From NCBI GenBank assembly GCA_017991515.1, contig JAGOQI010000004.1:1-60809 (forward strand): DNA of 60,809 bases, in the 5' to 3' direction. A program made the translations under genes and the position numbers. This DNA comes from Minisyncoccota bacterium. Lineage in GTDB: Bacteria > Patescibacteriota > Minisyncoccia > Phycocordibacterales > UBA9973. Positions 9,093 to 17,307 of the stretch are shown in pieces. Positions within the stretch are counted from its first letter, which is position 1; each line of letters begins with the position of its first letter. The notes beneath the pieces were generated by a model. The model did not search any database, had not been told where the DNA came from, and saw only the letters and a list, made by a program, of their open reading frames with translations.

Positions 9093-9761
9093 TTATTTCT
9101 TCTCTCCTTTTGCAAAAACTTCTCCTTTGTAAATCCAAACCTTGATACCAATGTCTCCATAAGGCATGTGAGCTTTTTCTCTAGCATAATCAACATCAGC
9201 TCGTACTGTTTGAAGTGGAACAGATCCTCTTTTTAGGATTTCACTTCGAGAAATTTCAGCTCCTCCAAGTCGTCCACCTATGTAGAAACGAACTCCTTCT
9301 ACACCACGAACAGTCATAACCTTTTCTATAAGTTGCTTCATAACACGACGATATGGCATTCTCTTTTCTAGACCTTCTGCGATCATAAAAGAAACTATCT
9401 TTGCATCAGCTTCCGGAGAAGTTACTTCTACTATTTCAAGCTTAATCTCATCTGTAACAACAAGCTTTTCTCTCTTTAGAGCTTTTAGCATTTCTGCTTT
9501 CAGTTTTGTAGCAGCTTCACCATTTCTACCAATAATCATACCTGGTCTTGAGGTTCGTAGTATTACACGAACAGCCTTTTGTCCTCTTTCTATTTCAACA
9601 CTAGAAACATAAAAGCCACGAAGTTTCTTTTCTAAAAATTCTCGAATAGTAATATCTACCTTAAGATTTTCTACAAAATTAGCATCATCAGCAAACCAGC
9701 GACTTTTCCAGTCTCGAAGGGTAACTAATCTATGGGCATATGGGTGAACTACTTTTGACAT
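9093..9761 (-). CDS. rpsC: 30S ribosomal protein S3
   Basis: KVHPYAHRL....W.S.W, KH domain, GRLGGAEISRSE. Confidence 0.95.
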   Translation of the reverse strand: MSKVVHPYAHRLVTLRDWKSRWFADDANFVENLKVDITIREFLEKKLRGFYVSSVEIERGQKAVRVILRTSRPGMIIGRNGEAATKLKAEMLKALKREKLVVTDEIKLEIVEVTSPEADAKIVSFMIAEGLEKRMPYRRVMKQLIEKVMTVRGVEGVRFYIGGRLGGAEISRSEILKRGSVPLQTVRADVDYAREKAHMPYGDIGIKVWIYKGEVFAKGEKK

Positions 9762-9764
9762 ATA

Positions 9765-10124
9765 TTATTTCTTACTCTTATTAGCTTTTTCTTTAACAGC
9801 TTTTTTTTCTTCTAAAGCAACAGTTACATGACTCATTTTCTTGCGAATAGGTTTTGCCACTCCCATAGCTCGAGGCATAAATCTTTTCATAACCAAACCT
9901 TGGTTTACTTCAATGTTTTTAATAACAAGATTCGAAGTATCAATACCATCTTTAGAAGCATTTGCTACTGCACTCTTGATAAGCTTTTGGATTGGTTCTG
10001 CTGCTCTCTTTGGCATATATGAAAGCTGTACATCTGCCTGCTCAACACTTTTACCCTTAACTGCATGCGCAACAAGGCGAACCTTTCGTGGTGATTGTCG
10101 ATAATTTGTAAGTGTAGCTTTCAT
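9765..10124 (-). CDS. rplV: 50S ribosomal protein L22
   Basis: RQSPRKVRLVAHAVKG ... GLVMKRFMPRAMG. Confidence 0.95.
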   Translation of the reverse strand: MKATLTNYRQSPRKVRLVAHAVKGKSVEQADVQLSYMPKRAAEPIQKLIKSAVANASKDGIDTSNLVIKNIEVNQGLVMKRFMPRAMGVAKPIRKKMSHVTVALEEKKAVKEKANKSKK

Positions 10125-10138
10125 ATGTTTTTAATAAA

Positions 10139-10486
10139 TTATTTTTTCTTAGGATCAGCCACTGAAGCTTTGGCACTTTTAGCTGCTGTAATTTCTGATT
10201 CCTTTTTCTTTTGGTCAAGCTCTTTCTGCATTTTACCTCCGTGTCGAGTAAATTTGCGAGTCGGAGAAAATTCACCCAATCGGTGACCTACCATATCTTC
10301 AGTAACGAGAACTTCTATATGTGTTTTTCCATTATGAACACCGAAAGTAAAACCAACCATTTCAGGAGAGATTTGAGAGTCTCTTGCCCATGTTTTTATT
10401 ACTCCTGCAGATAACGGGGCTTTGCCAGCAATCTTTTTCAGAAGCTTTTCATCGATATATGGTCCTTTTGAGAGTGATCGTGTCAT
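10139..10486 (-). CDS. rpsS: 30S ribosomal protein S19 (Lys-rich C-terminal extension)
   Basis: [38 protein letters not shown]. Confidence 0.95.
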   Translation of the reverse strand: MTRSLSKGPYIDEKLLKKIAGKAPLSAGVIKTWARDSQISPEMVGFTFGVHNGKTHIEVLVTEDMVGHRLGEFSPTRKFTRHGGKMQKELDQKKKESEITAAKSAKASVADPKKK

Positions 10487-10493
10487 AATTTAG

Positions 10494-10519
10494 AATAAAA
10501 GAAGCTCGTTCGGAGCTCC
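10494..10519 (-). terminator. terminator/attenuator-like hairpin 14 nt upstream of the rpsS ATG
   Basis: minus strand GGAGCTC-CGAAC-GAGCTTC followed by TTTTATT; pairs better in the minus-strand RNA (G-U) than in the plus strand. Confidence 0.5.
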
Positions 10520-10523
10520 GCAT

Positions 10524-10551
10524 ATCTTATCAGATTAACAATATAAGTCAA
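10524..10551 (-). promoter_or_regulatory. candidate sigma70-type promoter for rpsS, embedded in a perfect 10-bp-arm palindrome (10539-10560)
   Basis: minus strand TTGACT-16 nt-TAAGAT; the predicted start falls inside the 5-prime arm of the 10494-10519 hairpin. Confidence 0.35.
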
Positions 10552-10578
10552 CTTATATTGCCTTTTATAATAACGAGC

Positions 10579-10680
10579 TAAGGCATAGTTAATAAAAGTA
10601 ACTTGCGCAGGCTGTCTGAGCCGAGCAGGAACAAAAAACTAGCAGGTTTTTATGTGTTTACTTTTATTAACTATGCCTTA
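10579..10680. repeat. long inverted repeat, perfect 23-bp arms (10579-10601 / 10658-10680) around a 56-nt GC-richer loop
   Basis: taaggcatagttaataaaagtaa ... ttacttttattaactatgcctta; the right arm overlaps the dgkA stop codon. Confidence 0.9.
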
Positions 10681-11064
10681 TGAGTGAAGGATTTTCGGAA
10701 TAAATATAATAATACCCACGATACTAGCTCCTAAAGCTGTGATAAGCACAGCGGCGGCGGCTACATCTTTAGTATCCTTAGCATACGGGTGATAATTTGG
10801 TGATGTAAGATCCATATCTATTTCCATGGCGGTATTGAAAGCTTCTGCTGCTAAAACACTTGTGATAGAAAGTATTATTACAGCCCACTCGCCTTCTGAG
10901 ATATGCAACCAAAGACCCAAAATGACCACCAAAACAGCTACTAGTCCGTGAACCCAAGCATTGTGCTGAGTCTTAAAAATAATACCAAGACCACGAAAAG
11001 CGTGAGTCAAACTCTTCCCTCTAGCGACTATCGAAAACCGCTTCTTCTCAGACATTTTTTGCAT
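10678..11064 (-). CDS. dgkA: diacylglycerol / undecaprenol kinase family membrane protein
   Basis: three TM helices and the DgkA signature AEAFNTAMEID. Start set to the ATG at 11064, because the upstream part of the ORF is occupied by a terminator hairpin. Confidence 0.75.
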   Translation of the reverse strand: MQKMSEKKRFSIVARGKSLTHAFRGLGIIFKTQHNAWVHGLVAVLVVILGLWLHISEGEWAVIILSITSVLAAEAFNTAMEIDMDLTSPNYHPYAKDTKDVAAAAVLITALGASIVGIIIFIPKILHS

Positions 11065-11097
11065 ATATTGAAGTATAGCCTGTATGCTCAGGCAGGC

Positions 11098-11126
11098 AAA
11101 TAAAAAGAACTCGTCGTAACGAGCTC
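11098..11126 (-). terminator. rho-independent terminator of the small basic protein gene
   Basis: minus strand GAGCTCGT-TACG-ACGAGTTC followed by TTTTTATTT. Confidence 0.65.
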
Positions 11127-11132
11127 TCATTT

Positions 11133-11327
11133 CTACTTTTTCTTGTATAAATTTCTTAATATTTGTTTGGCCCCCTCGGTGCCTTTTTTGCCAGCCAGGT
11201 TTTGTCCCAGTTCTGATGGACCAGTATTTAAGAATTTGGATCCTCGACGAACTTCGCCATGGTGGATATTACCCCTATAGGTACCCTTTCCTGTTTCAGG
11301 GTTCCACTTTGCATTTCCTTTCTTCAT
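11133..11327 (-). CDS. small basic protein (64 aa), unknown function
   Basis: MKKGNAKWNPETGKGTYRGNIHHGEVRRG...NLYKKK; Lys/Gly-rich; ATG at 11327 lies just downstream of the rplB terminator; TAAACT-8 nt-ATG. Confidence 0.5.
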   Translation of the reverse strand: MKKGNAKWNPETGKGTYRGNIHHGEVRRGSKFLNTGPSELGQNLAGKKGTEGAKQILRNLYKKK

Positions 11328-11374
11328 TTTAGTAAAGTTTATTTCCCAATATTGTAGTGATTTATAAAATAATT

Positions 11375-11400
11375 GCAAAAAACCACCCTTTCGGATGGTT
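11375..11400 (-). terminator. rho-independent terminator after rplB
   Basis: minus strand AACCATCC-GAAA-GGGTGGTT followed by a T-run. Confidence 0.75.
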
Positions 11401-11419
11401 TTTTATTTGTTATTTATGA

Positions 11420-12256
11420 TTATCTCTTTGTCTTTCGTCTTGAAACGATAAGATCGTTTGAGTATTTCTTTGGAGTTCTAGTTCGTACACCATAAGCTTG
11501 TTTACCATGACGAGTCTTTGGTCCTCTTCGGAGTCCAATACCTTGTACACCTTCACCACCTCCGTGTGGGTGATCTACTGGGTTCATAGCAGTACCGCGA
11601 ACAGTAGGTCTGATACCTTTCCATCGTGATCGTCCTGCTTTACCAAGGTTTCGAAGTTTACTCTCTTCATTTGAAACAGATCCGATACATGCCCAAACAG
11701 TATCTAGAACCTTTCGAACTTCCCCAGATGGCATCTTAAGGTTTGTATAACCTTCTGATTGAGCAGCAACTTGAGCAAATGTTCCAGCACCACGAGCAAG
11801 CTTTGCTCCACCTTGAGGCTTAAGTTCTATGTTGTATACAAATGTACCAACTGGAACATGTTTTATCATTAAACGGTTTGCTACTTCTATTTCTGCTTTT
11901 TCACTAACGATAAATTTGTGACCAACAGTAACACCTTTTGGAAGTACTACATACCTCTTTTCTCCATCAGCATAAGAAGCAATACCGATAAAAGCTGTTC
12001 TGTTTGGATCGTATTCTACAGAAGTAATTTTTGCTGGAATATCTATCTTGTTGTATAAAAAGTCGATGTCTCGAAGAGATCTCTTGTGCCCACCACCTTT
12101 GTGTGCAGTTGTGATGCGACCCCTATTGTTTCGTCCAACATTTCTTTTGCCACCTTTTGTTAAAGATTTTAGTGGTGTTGAAGTAGTAAGAATCTTTCGG
12201 TATTCTATACTTATTTCATTTCGTTTTGATGGAGTTGTTGGTCTATATTTTTTCAT
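11420..12256 (-). CDS. rplB: 50S ribosomal protein L2
   Basis: 278 aa; GRNN.GRIT..HKGGGHKR, NPVDHPHGGGEG. Confidence 0.97.
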   Translation of the reverse strand: MKKYRPTTPSKRNEISIEYRKILTTSTPLKSLTKGGKRNVGRNNRGRITTAHKGGGHKRSLRDIDFLYNKIDIPAKITSVEYDPNRTAFIGIASYADGEKRYVVLPKGVTVGHKFIVSEKAEIEVANRLMIKHVPVGTFVYNIELKPQGGAKLARGAGTFAQVAAQSEGYTNLKMPSGEVRKVLDTVWACIGSVSNEESKLRNLGKAGRSRWKGIRPTVRGTAMNPVDHPHGGGEGVQGIGLRRGPKTRHGKQAYGVRTRTPKKYSNDLIVSRRKTKR

Positions 12257-12276
12257 AGTATTAACTTATTTTAAAA

Positions 12277-12585
12277 TTACATTACCTCTATGGTTTTACC
12301 CTTTGGTAAAGTTATGTAAGCCTTGCGACCTTTTGCACCGAAACCAAGCTTTCCTTTTCGGAAAAAACTCTTAGCACTTTGGTTTACAGTGTTTACCTTT
12401 GTAGGCTTGTGCTTGTATTTCGCAACAAAAGCTTTAACTATCTCTGACTTTGTCGCAGTAGTTGCAACATCAAAAACATAAGTATTGAAAGACTGTGCAC
12501 GAGCTGCCTTCTCAGTAACAAGAGGATTTTTTAAAATCAAATCTTTTGTAACTACTTCTTTTGTTGTTGTTTCTTTTTTAGCCAT
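12277..12585 (-). CDS. rplW: 50S ribosomal protein L23
   Basis: PLVTEKA......N.YVF.V...A.K.EI; operon position. Confidence 0.9.
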   Translation of the reverse strand: MAKKETTTKEVVTKDLILKNPLVTEKAARAQSFNTYVFDVATTATKSEIVKAFVAKYKHKPTKVNTVNQSAKSFFRKGKLGFGAKGRKAYITLPKGKTIEVM

Positions 12586-12589
12586 AGTA

Positions 12590-13318
12590 TTATTTTAGTT
12601 TTGCTTCAAGCAAAGTTATAGCTTCTTTTGGTGCGACCATAATAACATGTTTGAAATTCATCATATCCAAAGCATTCATATCTTTTGTAAGACCTACAGT
12701 TACCCCTGGAAGGTTTGCAAAACTCTTCTCAACTACTTTATCAGATTCTGGAAGAGTCATAAGGATATTGGTTGCTTTCTTTGATGTTAGTTTTTCAAAA
12801 CCTGCAATCTTAGAAAGACCTTCCAATACAACTGAAGCATCTTTTGTTTTCATTTCCTTGAAAGAAAGAGTGTCTATAAATAAAATAGCTCCATCTGCTT
12901 GCTTCTTTGAAAGTACTGTAAAGAGAGCCTTTGTTCTCATTTTCTTATTAATCTTTTGAGAATAATCCTTGTCTACTCGTGGACCAAAAGTCACACCTCC
13001 ACCAACCCAGATAGGACTTCTTGAAGAACCGTGCCGAGCACGACCTGTACCTTTTTGAGCCCATGGCTTTTTACCGCCACCTGAAACCTCAGAACGGTCT
13101 TTAGTATGAGCTGTACCAGCACGCTTGTTAGCCATCATTGCTACAACAACTTGGTGAACCAGATCAGCATTCCAATTAAGACCAAAAACAGTCTTTGGAA
13201 GAGTGATAGAGCCTGCAGAAGTTCCCTTTTGATTATAAACTGTAGTTTCCATAGAAATAACTTTAGCTTTTGAAGCCTTTGTTGTTGTCTTTTTAGTTGT
13301 TGGTGTTTTTGTTTCCAT
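12590..13318 (-). CDS. rplD: 50S ribosomal protein L4
   Basis: SGGGKKPWAQKGTGRARHGS.RSPIW.GGGV.FGP. Start set to the ATG at 13318 (METKTP), 5 nt after the rplC stop. Confidence 0.92.
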   Translation of the reverse strand: METKTPTTKKTTTKASKAKVISMETTVYNQKGTSAGSITLPKTVFGLNWNADLVHQVVVAMMANKRAGTAHTKDRSEVSGGGKKPWAQKGTGRARHGSSRSPIWVGGGVTFGPRVDKDYSQKINKKMRTKALFTVLSKKQADGAILFIDTLSFKEMKTKDASVVLEGLSKIAGFEKLTSKKATNILMTLPESDKVVEKSFANLPGVTVGLTKDMNALDMMNFKHVIMVAPKEAITLLEAKLK

Positions 13319-13322
13319 AATA

Positions 13323-13937
13323 TTATGCGGTAATTCTAACAACTGTTCCTCTCCTGCCTGGTACTGCCCCACTAATATAAATAGTGTTTGTCGCAATATC
13401 AACAGCTACAACCTTTAAACCTTTTACAGTTACTGTGTCGCCTCCTGTTCGCCCTGGCATTCTCATACCTTTAACAACACGACCTCCAGCTCGTCCTGGA
13501 CCTCCGCCTGAAGAACCTCGCTCTCTTTCAGAGTGCTTTTGACCGTGAGATCTTGGACCTCCCTTGAAGTTGTATCTTTTAACAACACCTTGGAAACCTT
13601 TTGATTTTGAAGTACCAGAAACTGTAACAGCATCACCTTTTTCAAATGAAGCTACTGTTACTTCTTCTCCTGCAGTTGCAGTTGGAGCCTCATCATGGCG
13701 GATTTCTTGTATAACTTTAAAAGCCTTACCTCCTAGTGAAGTAGACAAAGCTTTTGAAACTCGAGAAACCTTTTGGTCTTCTGTCGCTAGTTGAACAGCA
13801 TTATAACCGTCAGATTCTACGGTTTTAACCTTAGTCACAGTATTTGGCATAGCCACAATAGCTGTCACAGGAGTAACAACACCCGATTCATCGAAGAGTT
13901 GAGTCATATTAAGTTTTCGTCCTAGTATGTATTTCAT
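13323..13937 (-). CDS. rplC: 50S ribosomal protein L3
   Basis: GRKLNMTQLFDE.G.V.PVT, KGFQGVVKRYNF.GGP.SHG. Confidence 0.95.
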   Translation of the reverse strand: MKYILGRKLNMTQLFDESGVVTPVTAIVAMPNTVTKVKTVESDGYNAVQLATEDQKVSRVSKALSTSLGGKAFKVIQEIRHDEAPTATAGEEVTVASFEKGDAVTVSGTSKSKGFQGVVKRYNFKGGPRSHGQKHSERERGSSGGGPGRAGGRVVKGMRMPGRTGGDTVTVKGLKVVAVDIATNTIYISGAVPGRRGTVVRITA

Positions 13938-14016
13938 GTATGTAAGTGGTTCGCCCTTATCGGGAGAACATTACCTCTTTTCGAATCTGTAATAGATTGA
14001 GTAACAGGTGACAAGG

Positions 14017-14024
14017 ATTATACA
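14017..14024 (-). promoter_or_regulatory. candidate -10 element (TG-TATAAT) for the rplC-proximal part of the operon
   Basis: minus strand ...gtcgTGTATAATcc, about 79 nt upstream of the rplC ATG, downstream of the inserted cassette. Confidence 0.35.
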
Positions 14025-14071
14025 CGACCTTTGAATTTACGCAAGTCAAACTTAAGTGCTATTATTAATAT

Positions 14072-14419
14072 ATGGGAATATTCAATATATTTAATAAAAA
14101 GCAGGATCTTGACGAAGTTGTAATTTCACAATTAGCAAAAGTTGGGTCAAATTTAGAAAAACCACACAATATAGATTTCTTTTTATACTTCCCAAGCACT
14201 GAACTTGACGAGAAGGCAAAAATTTTTATTCAAGATCAATATCCAGACTATGAAATAATTATTAAAGAATCAACACAAAAAGGTATTACCTTATGTGAGA
14301 TTCACGGTAAATTAGTTCCAACTATCGATGCTTTGCAAGATCTAAGAAAAAATTTTACAAACATAGCAAATAAACTACATGGCCAATATGACGGTTGGGG
14401 TGCCGAAATAGAAGATTAA
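14072..14419 (+). CDS. RraB-family (regulator of ribonuclease activity B-like) protein
   Basis: 115 aa; GSNLEKPHNIDFFLYFPS...and the C-terminal QYDGWGAEIED align by eye with E. coli RraB (..DPDALYTIEHHL.. / EYDGWGTYFED). Confidence 0.65.
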   Translation: MGIFNIFNKKQDLDEVVISQLAKVGSNLEKPHNIDFFLYFPSTELDEKAKIFIQDQYPDYEIIIKESTQKGITLCEIHGKLVPTIDALQDLRKNFTNIANKLHGQYDGWGAEIED

Positions 14420-14421
14420 AT

Positions 14422-14586
14422 TTACCACCCTAATTTATAACCTGCATAAACACCAAGTGAAGCGCCAATAGCACCGAAAATAACAGAAGAAAATGAGAAA
14501 GCTGAGGCTCCCCAAAGAAGATGTAGATACCCTCCGACAAACGAACCAATTACTAGCCCGACCTTAATAGCTGTTTTTCTTGGCAT
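14422..14586 (-). CDS. small (54 aa) glycine-zipper-like membrane protein, not in the ORF track
   Basis: my own translation: MPRKTAIKVGLVIGSFVGGYLHLLWGASAFSFSSVIFGAIGASLGVYAGYKLGW; the ATG lies 4 nt after the stop of the upstream gene. Confidence 0.4.
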   Translation of the reverse strand: MPRKTAIKVGLVIGSFVGGYLHLLWGASAFSFSSVIFGAIGASLGVYAGYKLGW

Positions 14587-14590
14587 GTTG

Positions 14591-14800
14591 TTAAGCCAGT
14601 GCAGGGATTTTGAGATTTGCTTGGATAGGTTTTTTATTGGCTATTTGGGTACTGGCATTTAGGATTTCGATACCTAGTATCTGACCCTTTTTATTGGTAT
14701 CAACAAGCAATCTGTCATCGAGCTTTATAGTATGAGAAATAGGCCCTTTTTTGAGGGAGAAATATATAGCATCTGCAATTTTATCATGTGTTATTTTCAT
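14591..14800 (-). CDS. DUF2283-family protein (putative antitoxin)
   Basis: HDKIADAIYFSL ... GQILGIEILNAS pattern; 4-nt ATGA overlap with the upstream DUF4258 gene. Confidence 0.7.
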   Translation of the reverse strand: MKITHDKIADAIYFSLKKGPISHTIKLDDRLLVDTNKKGQILGIEILNASTQIANKKPIQANLKIPALA

Positions 14801-15012
14801 AAATAATAACCAGTTATTATAACAATAGTAGTATGACTCTTTTTACAAACAATTTCAAGTATCCCCTTTGATAGCTCTTTTTGAAACATTGTTGTATTAT
14901 CTTTTCGTAAAACTGTAATATCAGGATTTTCGATAGTAGTTAATACATCTCGTTTTAGAATCTTACGCTCTTTCATTCGAATCTTTACATGATCAGTAAA
15001 TATAATCTTCAT
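14797..15012 (-). CDS. DUF4258-family protein (putative toxin)
   Basis: FTDHVKIRMKERKILKRDVLTTIENPD ... VIITGYY pattern typical of DUF4258. Confidence 0.7.
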   Translation of the reverse strand: MKIIFTDHVKIRMKERKILKRDVLTTIENPDITVLRKDNTTMFQKELSKGILEIVCKKSHTTIVIITGYYL

Positions 15013-15018
15013 AAAAAT

Positions 15019-15027
15019 ATTATATCA
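15019..15027 (-). promoter_or_regulatory. extended -10 box (TGaTATAAT), 6 nt upstream of the ATG
   Basis: minus strand TGATATAAT-attttt-ATG; implies a leaderless or near-leaderless mRNA. Confidence 0.5.
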
Positions 15028-15041
15028 AAAAAAACTCCTCT

Positions 15042-15452
15042 TTATAGAGGAGTCCAAGTACCACCTTTCAATACATAAGACCTAGTAACAACAAGGTCTT
15101 TATAAAGAATTAGCCAAACTACTAGTGAATCAGTTTTTACTCTTTCTATTTTTTGAATCTTTGGATAACCACCTTCTATAGTAAAGTCTCCAATGACCTC
15201 CCAGTAGTCTCCTACTTTATTTTGATAACAAATGCTCGCAACAATTGTCCAAATACGGCCATTGAAAATATTTCTCTCAACAACTATAAATTGTTTTGAA
15301 GAAATAACTTCACAGTAATAATTAACCAATAGTTCTTTCAAAGTTTCTTTTGAAATAGTAACTGGTTTATTTTCAATGAGAAAGTAGTTTATTTTGGTAT
15401 TTCTTTGTGTTGAACAGGAACTAAAAAATAAAATAATAATAATCTTTTTCAA
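15042..15452 (-). CDS. hypothetical lipoprotein
   Basis: MKKIIIILFFSSC lipobox-like signal; no other motif recognised. Confidence 0.55.
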   Translation of the reverse strand: MKKIIIILFFSSCSTQRNTKINYFLIENKPVTISKETLKELLVNYYCEVISSKQFIVVERNIFNGRIWTIVASICYQNKVGDYWEVIGDFTIEGGYPKIQKIERVKTDSLVVWLILYKDLVVTRSYVLKGGTWTPL

Positions 15453-15471
15453 AATATTTTTTCTAAATTAT

Positions 15472-15500
15472 AAAACAAAAATCCCCTTTCGGGGATTTTT
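15472..15500 (-). terminator. rho-independent terminator after rpsJ (bidirectional shape)
   Basis: AAAAATCCCC-GAAA-GGGGATTTTT. Confidence 0.8.
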
Positions 15501-15523
15501 GTTTGTTTTTATAGAGAGTTTTA

Positions 15524-15913
15524 TTACATCATCTTCACATCGATATCTACACCAGAGGGCATTGATAGATTTGTGAGAGCTTCGATTACCTTCGCTGAAG
15601 GATTCTCGATGTCGATAAGACGCTTGTGCACACGCATTTCAAACTGTTCACGAGAATTTTTGTAAATAAACGCAGACCGGTTGACTGTGTACTTTTTGAT
15701 TTCTGTAGGAAGTGGAATAGGACCACGAACCTTGGCGTCATAACGAATAGCAGTATCAATGATTTGTTTGGTACTAACATCAAGAATCTTGTTCTCGTAT
15801 GCTCGTACTCTTATGCGAAGCAATGATTGCACATCGTCTTTCTTTGCTACAACTCTTTTAGAAGCTGGAGCTTTCTTAGCGACTGTTTTTGTTGTTTTGT
15901 TTGTAGTAGCCAT
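15524..15913 (-). CDS. rpsJ: 30S ribosomal protein S10 (Lys/Ala/Thr-rich N-terminal extension)
   Basis: LRIRVRAYENKILD.....I........KVRGPIPLPT, HKRLIDI. Confidence 0.95.
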   Translation of the reverse strand: MATTNKTTKTVAKKAPASKRVVAKKDDVQSLLRIRVRAYENKILDVSTKQIIDTAIRYDAKVRGPIPLPTEIKKYTVNRSAFIYKNSREQFEMRVHKRLIDIENPSAKVIEALTNLSMPSGVDIDVKMM

Positions 15914-15941
15914 ATTTTTCCAAAGAGCAATTAGTTAGTAT

Positions 15942-17135
15942 TTAGGCAATTATCTTTGTTACAACACCTGCACCAACTGTTCGGCCTCCTTCTCGGATAG
16001 CAAAACGCATTTGTTCTTCCATAGCAACAGGAGCAACAAGCTCTACTTCAACCTTAACAGTATCTCCTGGCATAACCATTTCTACACCTGCTGGAAGAGT
16101 AACAGAACCAGTTACATCAGTAGTTCGAACATAGAACTGAGGCTTATAACCATTAACAAATGGAGTGTGTCGTCCACCTTCCTCCTTTTTAAGAACATAA
16201 ACTTCACCTTCAAACTTAGTGTGAGGTTTTACAGAACCAGTCTTTGCTAAAACTTGTCCACGAGTAAGATCTTCTTTCTTAACACCTCGTAGCAAGATAC
16301 CAGCATTGTCTCCAGCTTGTCCTTCGTTTAGTTGTTTATTGAACATTTCAATACCTGTAACAGTTGTCTTGATAGTATCTTTGATACCAACAATTTCAAC
16401 TTCTTCACCAACCTTTACTTGACCTCGCTCGATACGCCCTGTACAAACTGTACCTCGTCCTTCGATAGAGAAAATGTCTTCGATAGGCATAAGGAATGGC
16501 TTGTCTAGGTCACGAACTGGCATAGGAATATATTCATCAAGTGCTTTTGTAAGTTCAAGAACTTTTTGAGCCCATGGATCTTCGATAGAAGTAGCTTCAA
16601 GACCTTTCAATCCTGACCCTCTTATAACTGGGGCATCCTTGTCAAAACCTTGTTTTTCAAGAATCTCACGGATTTCTTCTTCAACTAGATCAATCATCTC
16701 TGGATCATCCACCATGTCGCATTTGTTTAGAAATACAAGCATTTTTGGAACACCAACTTGCTTCGCTAGAAGAACGTGCTCACGAGTTTGTGGCATAGCT
16801 CCATCTGTAGCAGCAACCACTAGGATTGCTCCGTCCATTTGAGCTGCACCAGTAATCATGTTCTTGATGTAGTCAGCGTGACCTGGAGCATCAATGTGAG
16901 CATAGTGACGATTAGCTGTTGAGTACTCGTTGTGAGAAATGTTAATAGTAATACCACGAGCTTTTTCCTCGGGTGCACTATCGATTTCACCAACTCCTTT
17001 TAATTTAACTGTGTCCCCGTTCATAGAAAGAACGTGGAGAATAGCCGCTGTAAGAGTAGTCTTTCCGTGGTCAACGTGACCAATTGTTCCTACGTTTACA
17101 TGGGGCTTTGAACGATCAAATGCTTCTGCTGCCAT
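15942..17135 (-). CDS. tuf: elongation factor Tu
   Basis: 397 aa; [22 protein letters not shown]. Confidence 0.98.
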   Translation of the reverse strand: MAAEAFDRSKPHVNVGTIGHVDHGKTTLTAAILHVLSMNGDTVKLKGVGEIDSAPEEKARGITINISHNEYSTANRHYAHIDAPGHADYIKNMITGAAQMDGAILVVAATDGAMPQTREHVLLAKQVGVPKMLVFLNKCDMVDDPEMIDLVEEEIREILEKQGFDKDAPVIRGSGLKGLEATSIEDPWAQKVLELTKALDEYIPMPVRDLDKPFLMPIEDIFSIEGRGTVCTGRIERGQVKVGEEVEIVGIKDTIKTTVTGIEMFNKQLNEGQAGDNAGILLRGVKKEDLTRGQVLAKTGSVKPHTKFEGEVYVLKKEEGGRHTPFVNGYKPQFYVRTTDVTGSVTLPAGVEMVMPGDTVKVEVELVAPVAMEEQMRFAIREGGRTVGAGVVTKIIA

Positions 17136-17263
17136 AATAATTTAATAGTTAATTTTAATAATATATAAACTCTCGCAAATAAAAACAACGCCAACTGCGA
17201 TTGTACCTGCCATCATATCACGTAGCTCTTCTTTGTCAAACCTTTTTTCTAGGCTTTTGTAAT

Positions 17264-17289
17264 AAAAAAGCCCCTCCTGTTGGAGGGGG
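17264..17289 (-). terminator. rho-independent terminator of the 17308-17808 gene
   Basis: minus strand CCCCTCC-AACA-GGAGGGG followed by CTTTTTTATT. Confidence 0.7.
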
Positions 17290-17307
17290 TCAGTAAGTTG
17301 AGAATAA

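Noticed and set aside
10611-10620. Resemblance of GCTGTCTGAG to the Neisseria DNA uptake sequence GCCGTCTGAA
   Set aside because: It is an 8/10 match in a single copy, in an unrelated lineage, and is most likely coincidence. It is kept only as a weak alternative under the GC-rich core finding.
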